Source of the DNA: Octopus vulgaris
Taxonomy: Eukaryota
Reading direction: 5' to 3'
Assembly: GCA_951406725.2 (NCBI GenBank)
Contig: OX597820.1
Coordinates: forward strand, 29,016,001-29,080,000
DNA length: 64,000 bases
In this document: positions 37,290-50,469 of the stretch, piece after piece
Layout: each line of letters starts with the position of its first letter
Numbering within the stretch: the first letter of the stretch is position 1
Notes under the pieces: generated by a model
Told to the model about the DNA's origin: nothing
Seen by the model: only the letters and a program-made list of their open reading frames with translations
Databases searched by the model: none
Position numbers and translations under genes: made by a program

Positions 37290-37830
37290 ATAGTTCACGT
37301 CCGACATGACTGGAGAGTCTGTTCTTCCGCTCTTTGTGAAAGAGACATGCTCCATTTGCTGTCACCACTCGCTGAGTGGAGAACAGGGCAGGCCGTGGCT
37401 GATGATGCGTAGGCCATGTAATAGTGGCGAGCATTACCTGTTCGAGATAAACTGCCTGAGAAGCGCTTAGTGCGACGAAGCCTTTCTGCCCACACTCTTT
37501 TATTGCCCGAACATTGTTCAATCGTCGAGTTAAAGCGAACAGCTGCTGTCCCGTAGTGGGATGGGCGGGGAGCAGATCCTGCTATCAAATGACTCCATTG
37601 CAGAAGATCGTCCCGCTTCTTTTGGCCGGGAACGATAAGCAGTTTTTATCTGTCTGGTGGTTTGGGGGGAAAGAGATTCTGTGGTGTGTGTGATACTGAA
37701 AGATCTGAAAATAGATAGTTCCCTCTTTGGCCAAGCGCTCATCAATTTTCATCAAGTTTCATCAGGAAAAGAAAGCGAGGATGGAGAGGGAAATGCTATA
37801 TCCCAGGAAATATTTTTGAAACGTGGATGA
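37290..37830 (+). pseudogene. Decayed Tx1/L1-type LINE ORF2 C-terminal region
   Basis: Frame-broken peptides PWLMMRR, EQLLSR, AVFICLVVWGKEILW, GQALINF, KARMEREML. Confidence 0.5.
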
Positions 37831-38055
37831 GAGTGGTGAGTATGATCCATGTGAACGAGCCTACTTTGAATATTCGCTTATAGAGCCAGGTGTGGCTCGA
37901 GAAGGAACAAACAACAACAAAGCAAACATCATTAGTACAGGAACCTTTTGATACCACCTCATAATTTGTAAGAGGCTCACACAGAGGATCACTCTCTCGT
38001 GTATGATTCGAGGGAGATTTTACTGCTATTTCTAAGAAGCCAAGTTATAACGCAT

Positions 38056-38288
38056 AAGGCGGCGAGCTGGCAGAAAGGTTAGCACGCCGGGCGACCTGCG
38101 TAGCCGTATTTCGTCTGTCGTTACGTTCCGAGTTCAAATTCCGCCGAGGTCGACTTTGCCTTTCATCCTTTCGGGGTCGATAAATTAAGTACCAGTTACC
38201 CACTGGGGTCGATGTAATCGACTTAATCCCTTTGTCTGTCCTTGTTTGTCCCCTCTGTGTTTAGCCCCTTGTGGGTAGTAAAGAAATA
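38056..38288 (+). mobile_element. SINE family A
   Basis: TSD TATAACGCATAA at 38046 and 38289. Confidence 0.95.
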
Positions 38289-38698
38289 TATAACGCATAA
38301 TAGTGTTGCATGATTTCATGATTTATTTACAAGTGATTAAACTGAGAAACGATAACATCGATCTCTTGCAGAAACGTAGATAGAACCTTAAGGATATTGT
38401 TTTCCTGTTTACCAAGGAAGCATAAGCAAATATTTAATTACAAAGAATTATTGATCCATTTAGTTATTAGGGATTTCTTGGGATTCCAAAACTGCCTGAA
38501 CAAAATTGCATTTCTAGCTAATATGATTATAAATATTGGTTATATATCGTTACTCAAAGTATAGTTTAAGATGTAGGTGAGGGGTGTAACTCCCACTACA
38601 ATTGGCTTTTAGGGGTTAATTGAATATCTGCCGGGTAAAATTGATTTAATCTTCCTTGGTGATTGCAATACTTCTCCTCCCTCTCTCTTCCTCTCTTT

Positions 38699-38755
<57 letters not shown>

Positions 38756-39079
38756 TCTCTGTGCGTGCGGGAAGTGTTGTTGCTATTTGTTGCTGTTGTT
38801 GTTGTTTTTAACCCGGAGCTTTCCTAATAGAGCAGGCCTGTTCTACTCTTGTCCATTCGTTTTTGTTTTTTTTGGTGGGGCGGGGGTTTCTGTATTTCTA
38901 TTGCATTACTTTATCTAAATCTGTATCTGTTGTGGCTGTTGTAGCTGATGTTGCTATTGTTGTTGTTACTGTTGTAGTTTTAGGATGCTGTCATTATGGT
39001 CGTTGTTGTTCCTCTCCGTCCTCTTCTTTCCTTTCCCCTTCCTCTTCCTCTTCTTCTTAATGAATGATGATGATATGAA

Positions 39080-39397
39080 TGCGCGTGGCTTAGTGGTTAG
39101 GGGCATTCGGCTCACGGTCGTAAGGTCGTGAGTTCAATTCCGGCGGCGCGTTGTGCCCTTGAGCAAGACACTTTATTTCACGTTGCTCCAGTTCACTCAG
39201 CTGGCAAAATGAATTGCATCTTTAATTCAAAAGGCCAGCCTTTTCACGTTCTGTGTCATGCTGAATCTCCCTCAGAACTACATTAAGGGTACGCGTGTCC
39301 CGTGGATTGCTCGGCCACTTTCATATTAATTTCACGAGCAAGCTGTTCCGTTGATCGGATCAACTGGAACCCTTGTTATCGAAATCGACGTAGTGCC
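39080..39397 (+). mobile_element. SINE family D
   Basis: Colinear with 18500-18820. Confidence 0.88.
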
Positions 39398-40640
39398 TGC
39401 CACTGATGGTGGTAATGATGATGGTGATGGTAAGGGTGTTTATTTCCTAGTCGATCCTGAGCAAGCAGGATGATTATTATTAACAACATTCCAAGTCAGA
39501 TCCTAGCATTCACAACCAAGGCATGTCCTCTCCACTCCAGGTTTGTTTTTCAGAGTAATCTTATTCTTTCAAATATACCAAGAACATTATCATTCTACAT
39601 GTACAGAGTTAACTTTTAAGTGATTATCATAAAAAAAAACTGTATCGTCGTTCCATTTGCCACGACATACTTGTGTGAATTTGGATTCATTTTCCGTATT
39701 GTCAATCAACATAAAACCCAGGAATCGCCTGATTCCACAGGCAAATGTATGAATCGCAATCAGTAAGAAAGTTCCTCGTTTTGATAAAGTCATCAAAGTG
39801 AAGAAGATGCAAAGAAGTTATTGAATTTTATGGTCATAATTGAAGATGAATTCGATATATACAGCAGATGTTGACAAACACATCATCGCTCCCATCATAG
39901 AACCGTTGATAACTTATCGACGTTCATCATGTAAATTTCTAGAATAAAATTAAAAAGTGTAATTAATATAATAAAAATTGTTGATGGAGAAACAATAATT
40001 TCATCGTTGTTTTGTATCATTACCGCTTTTTAATAAGAAATATCTAAAGAAACTTAATAAAAAATACTTAACGAAGTTGATAATGGACAATAAAAATTCA
40101 GTTATATATTGATATAGTCGGAATATTTAATATGAAAATGTTTGATGAACACTAGTTATTAGGTCGATATTTGGTTGGAAATGAATGAGTTGGAGCCTTA
40201 AAATACCTCGCTCTTCCAGATTCTGTTTGCTAATAATTCAGCACACTTAATGCTCAAAATCGTTTCAGTTGTTTATCCAGTCCTTTCGATATCCACAATG
40301 ACCCTCCACCCCTGCCACATTGGTCAATATTTGACCACTTTGCTAACGACCTCTGATTTACAGTTTCTTTTCATTGCTCAATTTACATTTGCATTTTATG
40401 TGTTGTGTCAAAAGTTTAAATTTTAAATCAATTTGTTCACCATGATATTGTATGTGGATCAATTTAAAGTTACAAAAAATACATTAGTTACTAGGAAACC
40501 GAAGTTTTCATTTTGCATTGCGACATTACTTTTGTTGCAGGTGGGGGTGAGAAAATTAATAAAACATTTCCCTGTGGTGTGGGGCATAGCAAATGCTGGA
40601 TAACACTGATCTAAATAGTCACGCGGTCATTCTTATACTA

Positions 40641-41213
40641 TTGGGTTGTCCGGAAAGTTTGTGCCGATTTTTAAAGGAAAGAAAAAGGTCAATAAATACT
40701 TGCCATAACCTAAGCTTTACCAGGTGCTCATGAACGACGGATTTTGATAGGTTGAGGCTTTCTGCCAATCCTCGGGTTGTGCAATGTGGATTATTCTCAA
40801 TGAATGACTTAATTTGGTCATCATCTGTAGTGGATGGTCTGTCTGATCGCTCTTTATCAATAAGGCTACAATCTCCAGCTCGGAACCTTGCGAACCACTT
40901 CCGTACAGTTCTTTCGGATAAAGAAACATCACCGTAAACTGCGCATATTTCTTGGTTGCTTATGAGGCATTTTTCCCTTTACGGAAAAAGAAAAGCATCA
41001 AGTGCCGAAAATGAACTTTCTTATCTTTCACTTTAAAGGGTTACATAATTAACACAGGTTATGGGAATATAAACCTTCTTCCACGAAAAGATAGCTTAAA
41101 CTGTGCTCTAAATGGAAGAGTAGTCAAATCCCATTTTATGGACTCAAACATGTTCTAAAATAAGTCGAAAGGTAAGCTACTATAAATCGGCACGAACTTT
41201 CCGGACAACCCGA
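40641..41213 (-). mobile_element. Non-autonomous mariner deletion derivative
   Basis: 30-bp TIRs TTGGGTTGTCCGGAAAGTTTGTGCCGATTT and AAATCGGCACGAACTTTCCGGACAACCCGA, TA TSDs, broken HTH (HFRHLMLFFFRKGKNA..VYGDVSLSERTVRKWFARFRAG..RSDRPS..VHEHL). Confidence 0.95.
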
Positions 41214-41602
41214 TATTTATTCCTACTATATTGGAGCGACGCCAGTTCAAATGGCTCACATACTTGTTAGGACTGGGGTGAGAGGATAATAAATAGAATC
41301 ATAAATAGAAATGAGTTGAATGTAAATAAATGTAGTTATTGTCCTGGCATTGAAGCATCGCCCAACGTAACTTTCCCTGTCAGTGTGTAATTGAGGGCAC
41401 CGTGTCTGACTCAAACTCCACGGTCAGAGGAATTGATGCATACGTTTGAAGGAATGCTCCACTCAAAACTATCGTTTGCAAAGAATTAAGTTATCCTAAG
41501 GACGGAAGGATGTATATACATAAATTAGCGAAGAGATTCTTCCTTAAATTTATGTTCCAAACAAATCGATTACTAACTCAGTCTCTTCTTTCTTTCTTTC
41601 TT

Positions 41603-41663
<61 letters not shown>

Positions 41664-41778
41664 TCCCTAAGCGGGTGATGGTACAGCGATGGAAAAGAAA
41701 CTGTGCATACAAGTAAGCAAGCGATTGAACTTGCATTATATTTCATATACATGTGTGTGTATGTGTGTGTGTGTGTGT

Positions 41779-41884
<106 letters not shown>

Positions 41885-42177
41885 TCTTTTAAATGAACAG
41901 GCGGGTACTGATTGATCCTTTTGTACCCACCGCTATCCTGATATTTTCTTCGGTCAAGATAGTTTAGGAGCCGAGTTGCTTCTATTCGTCAAGCACCTAG
42001 AGTACATTTATAACCAATTTCTCTCTCCCGCTTTTTTTTTTATCTTACCTATAAAATAGGATTAATAAAATCCCATTTCTTATATAAACAAGAATATGCT
42101 GAATAATACATACATTCCTCAGCTTTATTGTGCCATACAAGTGACGCTGATAACCAGCAATGGATTAAATTATATTT

Positions 42178-42275
42178 TCTTCTGATGATCTGGCCATACA
42201 AGGTGATTATGAAATTATCCATGTAGCGAACATTATGTGGCATACTGGTATACGCTAATGAAACACGGGTAAAGA
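42178..42275 (+). ncRNA. Type I HHR-like motif with long stem II insertion
   Basis: TCTT-CTGATGA(42182)-TCTGGC..GCTAAT-GAAAC ACGG GTA-AAGA; followed by AATAAA and a TA-rich end. The base of stem II is mismatched. Confidence 0.55.
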
Positions 42276-42381
42276 TTATGGAATATATGATGTAATAATA
42301 AAGATGTTTTAACCAAATCTCCAGTTTTATTCTCCTCTTGTATATATAAATGGCTGTGTATAAGTATGTACATATATGTGT

Positions 42382-42457
<76 letters not shown>

Positions 42458-42461
<4 letters not shown>

Positions 42462-42677
42462 GAATCGTTAGCACGCCGGACGAGATGCTTAGCGGCAGTT
42501 CGTCTGCCGTCACGTTATCAGTTCAAACTCCGCTGAGGCCGACTTTGCCTTTCATCCTTTCGGGGTCGATTAATTAAGTACCAGTTAAGCCCTGGGGTCG
42601 ATGTAATCAACTTAATACCTTTGTCTTTCCTTGTTTGTCACCTCTAAGTTTAGCCCCCTGTGGGCAATAAAGAAATA
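42458..42677 (+). mobile_element. SINE family A within (TA)n
   Basis: Consensus match ending AAGAAATA. Confidence 0.88.
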
Positions 42678-42703
42678 TATATATATGTATGTATATATAT
42701 ATA

Positions 42704-42797
<94 letters not shown>

Positions 42798-42827
42798 TAT
42801 ATGTATGTATATATATGTATATATATG

Positions 42828-42939
<112 letters not shown>

Positions 42940-43004
42940 GGTCCTGGGTTGAGTCGGGGTTAACCACAGTAAATAAGGTACTCAATACATAGCAGAGTAA
43001 ATTA

Positions 43005-43104
43005 ATTTATTTTATAGAAGGAGCTTCTACAGGACTAGAACTGTTTCATTCAAAAGAAATCATGAATGAAACAGTTCTAGTCCTGTAGAAGCTCCTTCTA
43101 TAAA

Positions 43105-43110
<6 letters not shown>
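43005..43110. repeat. Perfect 48-bp inverted repeat with 10-nt loop
   Basis: Arms 43005-43052 and 43063-43110; lies between (TA)n tracts. Confidence 0.95.
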
Positions 43111-43145
<35 letters not shown>

Positions 43146-43147
43146 TA

Positions 43148-43669
43148 TAGCACTAGCAAATCCAAAAGGTTTCAACCACAAAAATACATGTTTCCCATGA
43201 AAGTCAGTACGATTGTTAGCTCACACGAACAGGGCAAATAAAAAATAACAAAAATACAGATTATTTTGGGACAATTGTCTCGCTATTAATGAATTAAATG
43301 TAATTTTACTCACAAAAAACCCACTTGTAGCTCCTCAGCCAAAACTATCTGGATGAAATCCACTCAATCACACGCCAGATTTTACCATAACGATAAATAC
43401 ACGTGTGAACCACACGTGTATTTATCGTTATGGTAAAATCTGGCGTGTGATTGAGTGGATTTCATCCAGATAGTTTTGGCTGAGGAGCTACAAGTGGGTT
43501 TTTGTAAGTAAAATTACATTTAATTCATTAATAGCGAAACAATTGTCCCAAAATAATCTGTATTTTTGTTATTTTTTATTTGCCCTGTTCGTGTGAGCTA
43601 ACAATCGTACTGACTTTCATGGGAAACATGTATTTTTGTGGTTGAAACCTTTTGGATTTGCTAGTGCTA
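43148..43669. repeat. 260-bp-arm palindrome with 3-nt loop containing an HHR
   Basis: Arms 43148-43407 and 43411-43669; I counted two substitutions and one indel. Confidence 0.95.
43467..43560 (+). ncRNA. Type I hammerhead ribozyme
   Basis: TTTTGG-CTGAGGA(43480)-GCTA..TAGC-GAAAC AATT GTC(43545-43547)-CCAAAA; stem I extended by CAGAT/ATCTG. Confidence 0.88.
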
Positions 43670-43829
43670 GAATGAGCCACATAGTGACCATTCTCTTATA
43701 TTTATTTTGTATAAATATTATAATATATTATAAAATATTATAATAATCCAGGTTTCTCGAGGCACTGGGCCACTTGGTGTTGAATAGATATACTATTAAA
43801 TTAGTATCTAATTCTCTCACCCTTATTAA

Positions 43830-43922
<93 letters not shown>

Positions 43923-43974
43923 GTGTATATATATATATATGAGATCTAGGCTTTCAAGATATTAATCAGCTGGA

Positions 43975-44430
43975 CTATTTGCAGAGCACCTTTTGAAACT
44001 CGGTAAAGGGAGAGTTGCAATTGATGAAGAACAGTTTCTTGCACTCAATCCAGTATGTAATTCAGCTGATTCCATCGATCGTTTTGGATCATGAGTACAT
44101 CTATATAGATCGGATCTGTGAACGAGCTATCCTGGCTCCAAAAAATGTTGCTGTAAATAGCATTAATAATATTCTATTGAATAAACTTCCGGGAGAAGTA
44201 TTCACTTATAACTCAATTGACAGTGTTGTTGATGATCAGGATAGTGTTAACTACCCCCATCGAATTTTTGATCTCACTAGAACCACCAGATGCAGCTCCT
44301 CGTTGTCTTCAGTTGAAAAGGGACTCCTATTATGCTATTACGTAATTTGTCTCAACCAATATTATGCAATGCTGCAAGATTAATTGTGCACAAACTTATG
44401 AGGGACTGCATAGAGGCAAATATTCTCCTC
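43975..44430 (+). pseudogene. Helitron PIF1-like helicase fragment
   Basis: FAEHLLKLGKG..ERAILAPKNVAVNSIN..LPGEVFTYNSIDS..NYP/EFL..PIMLLRNL..LCN; frameshifts present. Confidence 0.92.
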
Positions 44431-45250
44431 AACGATACACACGCGGTCACATATTGAAAATATACATCTATATATATATATTTATATTTATATATATATA
44501 TATATGTATGTATGTATGTATATGTATGTATATGTATGTATATATATATACATACATATATATGTGTGTGTGTGTATTATATGCGTATATGATTGTGTTT
44601 GTCTATCGATATGCAGTTATGGGTTTGTATATACATAGAAATAAATGTACATACATGTAAAATAATGTATTTGGAATGAATTGTTAATGCGTGTATGTGT
44701 GCGCGCGTTTATGTCTTTGACTGAATGGATGTCTAAGTTATATAAGTTTGGTATATGGTTATTGAAGCACTTGTTGACTGCTGTTAAGCATATAAAATAG
44801 CTATTATCGTTGTTTCATTGATACCACCCTCTATTAATCTTCACTCTCGTTTATCGATTATTTCGGAATGGCTCTCAAGAGGAATCGTTGCCAAAAATGT
44901 AAATATACCCATTTTCCTCGCGAACAATAAAGTTTTTACGATATCCGCTAATACACAAAAATGTCATACACTCGTAACTATCCATCCGGTGCATCGCTGC
45001 GAAGTTTCTTTGATAAAGACAGTTGAATCTCAATAAATATGGACTCGTAACAGCAGATATAATTAGTCTCGGAATGAAATTAAGCTTGCGCAGGAACAGT
45101 TGGTAGCTGTGATATGGATCGAACCGAACAATTTCAGTGTTATTTTATTAAAATTCGTCATCTTCTCTACTCCCAAACTGTTGATGATAGTACGAGAAGG
45201 CTACTTGTAAAACTCTAAATAAAATGTATGACACATATTAAATTCATATA

Positions 45251-45470
45251 TATTTCTTTACTACCCACAAGGGGCTAAACACAGAGGGGACAAACAAGGA
45301 CAGACAAAGGGATTAAGTCGATTACATCAACCCCAGTGCGTAACTGGTACTTAATTTATCGACCCCAGAAGGATGAAAGGCAAAGTCGACCTCGGCGGAA
45401 TTTGAACTCGGAACGTAACGACAGACGAAATACGGCTACGCATTTCGCTCGGCGTGCTAACGTTTCTGCC
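45251..45470 (-). mobile_element. SINE family A
   Basis: 17-bp TSD CATATTAAATTCATATA at 45234 and 45470. Confidence 0.93.
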
Positions 45471-46181
45471 ATATTAAATTCATATAGTTAGGTGACTTGG
45501 TACTATATTTAAAAAATACCGTTGCTTGATGTGTAAACGCTTTTATTCGCTACGACGCTGCAGAAAATATCTAAGCATTAATATCAGGCTACAAGCTATA
45601 ATTCAAGATGGCCGATATCTATAAAAATGACGATGTTTTTCCTCTAGCCATACGAGCCGAAAGACGATCAGATTGGTTAAAGATATATTAAATCAGAAAC
45701 TAGACTTAAAGGAATCCGATTTTGAGTTTCTTTTCTATCCAATACTCATATTTGATACGACTCACTATTCGTGCAATATTGGAATATGCTTTTGTTTTTT
45801 GTTCTGGTCTTTTGTTTTGTTTTGTTTTTAATTTCTTCGCTAAAATATCATATTCTTTCTTGTGTTACTTATTTCTACTATATTTGGGCGACGCCATTTC
45901 AGTACCTCTATGTTTCTATACATATGCTCTTCTAATCTTTTTGCCAGTTTCAGCCAGTGGGTTGCGGTCAAGCTGGGGCACTCCCTTACTGTATTAGCTG
46001 ACAAAACGATCCCGGAACTTATTTTTTAAAACCTTCTATTTAGTCTACCGGTCTCTATTTCGTTGAGCCTATGGGAAATGGCAACGAAGACAGAGTAACT
46101 CCGTTCATATTGCGGTGTCACGTAATGACATGTTACGGAAACAAACACACAGAGACACACACATGCGTCTGTGTGTGCGTG

Positions 46182-46246
<65 letters not shown>

Positions 46247-46352
46247 CAAATTTTATTCGCAGGGCGTTTGTCGGCACCTAATCATGCAAAACAACATTCT
46301 CATCGTCGTTATTTTCTTTAAGATGATGAGTGCCATTATTAGCTTTGTTGTT

Positions 46353-46920
46353 AAGGCGGCGAGCTGACAGAAACGTTAGCACACCGGGCGAAATGCTTAG
46401 CGGTATCTCGTCCGCCACTACGTTCTGAGTTCAAATTCCACCGAGGTTAACTTTGCCTTTCATCCTTTCGGGGTCGATTAAATATGTACCAGTTATGCAC
46501 TGGGGTCGATATAATCGACTTAATAATCCGTTTGGCTGTCCTTGTTTGTCCCCTCTGTGTGTAGCCCCTTGTGGGCAGTAAAGAAATAGGTATTTCGTCT
46601 AAAAAGGCGGCGAATTGGCAGAAATGTTAACACACCGGGCGAAATGCTTAGTGGTATCTCGTTCGCCGCAACGTTCTGAGTTCAAATTCCGCCGAGGTCG
46701 ACTTTGCCTTTCATCCTTTCGGGGTCGATTAAATAAGTACCAGTTACGCACTGGGGTCGATGTAATCGACTTAATCCGTTTGTCTGTCCTTGCTTGTCCA
46801 CTCTATGTTTAGCCCCTTGTGGGTAGTAAAGAAATAGGTATTTTTTCTACCGCCACGTTCTGAGTTCAGATTCCGCCGTGGTCGACTTTGCCTTTCATCC
46901 TTTTGGGGTCTATGTAATCG
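46353..46920 (+). mobile_element. SINE family A multimer
   Basis: Two headed units plus a partial one; AAGAAATA|GGTATTT junctions at about 46588 and 46836. Confidence 0.9.
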
Positions 46921-46929
46921 TAGTTTATA

Positions 46930-47255
46930 TGACCCCTAAGAGTCGATAACAAGATTTTTGTGGGGTCCACGTAGCAAAATAGTAAATTGGGGATCCACGG
47001 TAGTATTTTAAGGGCTCCTGAAATATTTTTGCTTTAGACGTGTGTATCGCAAGAAACAGCTAGGGTTCTTTCTCTAACGTTTTACATAGTTCAACTAACA
47101 CAAGCTGATGTGTAAAAAACAAAATAGGAATTTTGAAAGATGCATCTATAAAACTAATTTTTAAACATCGAATGGCTATGGGGGGGGGGGGGGGCTAACA
47201 GAATAAAATAGTAATCAAAGGGGTCCATAAATAAAAAAAATGTTGAGAACGCCTG
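46930..47255. mobile_element. hAT (Charlie-like) MITE, one end visible
   Basis: GGGGTCCA repeats and terminus GTTGAGAACGCCTG|ATCTAG. Confidence 0.6.
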
Positions 47256-48090
47256 ATCTAGGGTTGCATGTTCGAATACTTCCATTGTATTTTCACGATG
47301 GTAGGTGTGATTTGAGGAAGATTTGACTCTTATTTCTAGCACACTAACTGATCACGCATTTGCTGTTTAGTGTTTATATTATACAATCTAAGCGATTATT
47401 AAATGCGCGGAGAACAGGGATTAATTAATATCATTGTATGAATGCGCAGTTCTATTTTCAAGAAACATAACACCGTTATCGACTCAACAACCAAACAACT
47501 TCCAAATTTATGCGCGGTTATAATAAGTAATGAAGAAAACGAAAGGATATTATTTGTTAATAACCACGTAATCACTCGTTATCTTAAAATCAAATCCCCA
47601 TGGACAACAGAGGATTTATTTTTCAGATTCAAACACTAATGTTACATATAAGAAGGATAGCTATGTAATCTTTCTTAATCATATATGTAAAAAAAATACG
47701 AGACGAAGCGGTCGGGGATAAAACCGGTGACGACAATGTATTGCAAGTATGTCAGTAATGAATATAAATGTTTGCAAATATATGAGTATATATTTATGTA
47801 TGTAATATATAAGCTTCCATTATATACGAATGTGTGTGTATGTGCATTTCTTTATCTCTCTGTTATTTCGGTCATTGGACTGCAGTCAAGTCGGGGCACA
47901 GCTTTGAAGGGCTTTTGTCGAACGTATCAGCCCGAGAAGTTTTTTTTAAGCCTATCGGTTCCAAACAACTAGAATGTTGAATCGTATGTAGGTATAAATT
48001 ATATAAACTTGTGTATATCGCAATTTCTCATTTATGTATTGTGTGTGTGCGTGTGAAAGAGAGTGTGTGCAGAAATACATACACACATTT

Positions 48091-48175
<85 letters not shown>

Positions 48176-48222
48176 TGTATGTATATACGTGTGTGTATGT
48201 GTGCGCAGACATACATACACAC

Positions 48223-48278
<56 letters not shown>

Positions 48279-48329
48279 TCCAAGTCTCTCTAAAGGAGAC
48301 TACGGCAGCGGTACTGGATATTAATAATC

Positions 48330-48811
48330 ATCGTGAAGCTAATATGGCAGTCCAGAAATATAGGACGAATGCTGCCGTTGATTAGCTCCAAGAGGCCATC
48401 GCCGCTAGCTAGCTATGTGACATACGAACTTGTGTTCATTATAACCTTCGAACAGGGGAGGTCAGCCGCTTCCCCTTGCTGGTCAGGTATCTGAGACTAG
48501 TTTCAGGGTGTTTGCCCCTTATCAATGCAGAGCAGCCGAACCCAGCAGGCGTCACTACTAACCGTCTGTTCGAAGGATTATTTATCTAAATTCAGTGGAA
48601 TACATCCACTGGTTTTCAATGTTCTGCATTGAGAAGGAGCAAATACCCTGAAACTAGTCTGCAGATGACTGACCAGCAAGGGGAAGCGGCTGCCCTTCCC
48701 TGTTCGAAGGTTATAATGGACATAGTTTCGAGCTAGAGACGATGGCCTCTTGGAGCTAATCAACGGCAGCATTTGTCCTATGTTTCTGGACTACCATATT
48801 AGCTTGGCGAT
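48330..48811. mobile_element. Diverged fold-back element with an HHR in each arm
   Basis: Arms about 48330-48533 and 48621-48811; flanked by TA-rich tracts. Confidence 0.85.
48623..48665 (+). ncRNA. Type I hammerhead, U3-A8 variant
   Basis: TCTGCA-TTGAGAA-GGAGCAAATACCCT-GAAAC TA GTC-TGCAGA; the opposite arm (about 48490-48531, minus strand) reads TTGATAA-GGGGCAAACACCCT-GAAACTAGTC. Confidence 0.75.
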
Positions 48812-48831
48812 AACAATATATATATGTGCGC

Positions 48832-48879
<48 letters not shown>

Positions 48880-48932
48880 ATATCTGGTAGTTGATTATTG
48901 ATTAAGGTGTATTTCTACATTTTCTTATTTTG

Positions 48933-48973
<41 letters not shown>

Positions 48974-48976
48974 ATG

Positions 48977-49112
48977 ATGGCTGGCCACAGATATAAACAT
49001 GTGAATGACAAAAACAAATGATGATGATGATGATGATGATGATGATAACGACGATGGTGACGATGATGGCTTGCCACAGATGTAAACATGAGAATGACAA
49101 AGACAATTGATA

Positions 49113-49143
<31 letters not shown>

Positions 49144-49225
49144 CGACGACGACGACGATGATAACGACGATGATGACGATGATAGCTGGTCACAGATGTA
49201 AATAAGAATGGTAAAGACAAATGAT
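48977..49225. repeat. Three-unit minisatellite with embedded (GAT)n
   Basis: GCT.G.CACAGAT.TAAA.A...GAATG..AAA.ACAA repeated three times, separated by expanding GAT/GAC runs. Confidence 0.85.
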
Positions 49226-50469
49226 GATGATGATGATGATGATGACAACGATGACGACGGCGGCGGTGATGGCGTCGACGATGACGCCGGTTATTATAAT
49301 TCCGATGATCTTGACTACAACTATGATGATGAATTCGATTAAATTATGGAAAAAAAAAATGTATTATTTTTATGAAATTATAATCAAATCCGTTTCTCTG
49401 ATATCCCTAATTATTCATTTAATATCAAAGTGTAAAAAAAACTAACATAATTACATATCTTTGAAGTTTGTGCGTATCTGTATGTGTCTTTGTGCGTTGT
49501 GTGATTTGTACGGCGTATGACGAGTGTAAGTGAGAGAAAGCGCGGAAGAAAGAGTCGAGCAAGAGATATAAAAGAGATAGAGAAAGAGTAGTAGATGAGA
49601 GAGCACGTGAGAAAATATGTAACAGCGGCAGAGACAGACAGCAAAACACAGATATATAATAGTAATACGGTTTTACTGCCTTTATAGCTGAAAACAAGAG
49701 AGACAGATAGAGAGGAGGAGAGAGAGAAACAGACAGGTAGACAGTGATAGGGAGAGATGGTGATAGAGAGAGACGGACAGAGAGGGATAGAGAGACAGAG
49801 AGATAGGAGAGTAGATGGGAAGAGACAGAGAGGGGGAAAACTAAATAAAAACAAAGTGATAAATTTTTATTAAAAAGCGAGCTTCATTTATTTAGGTAGA
49901 AATTGATATATTTCAGTGATATATAAACGGAAATGATAATAAAAATTACTCGTGAGAAGCAAGCATCAACGGTTAATGATTTAGATTTAAAATTATGTAA
50001 GATATTTACGAGCACTAATTTAGAATTGGAGAGACAGAGAAGCAGAGAGAGATTAGTTTTGGATCATAAAATCTTGGACTTTTCATCTGCCATATTGATG
50101 TTATATAATGATGTACTTGTATAAAAAGAATGTGTTCCTATTCGGATTTGGGGGATTTGTTCTCGACAGGCGTAGCTGCATGGTAAGAGGGTTGTTTCTC
50201 AACCACAGGGTTCTGCATTTAGTCTCACTATGCGGCATCTTAAGCAAGTCTCTCCTACTAAAGCCTTGTGAGTGGATTTGTTAAGCGGAAGCTGCAAAGA
50301 AGCCAGTTTTGTATGAGTTTGTGTGTTTGTCTGTCTGTCAGAGTGTATGTATGTATGTATGTATGTATGTATGTATGTATGTATGTATGTATGTATGTAT
50401 GCATGCGCGGGCACATAGAAATAATCGAACTGAATCGAACTGAATACCCGACTGCGCGGTTAAACCATT

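Noticed and set aside
48977-49225. CRISPR-like repeat-spacer pattern
   Set aside because: The spacers are GAT microsatellite, the context is eukaryotic and there are no cas genes.
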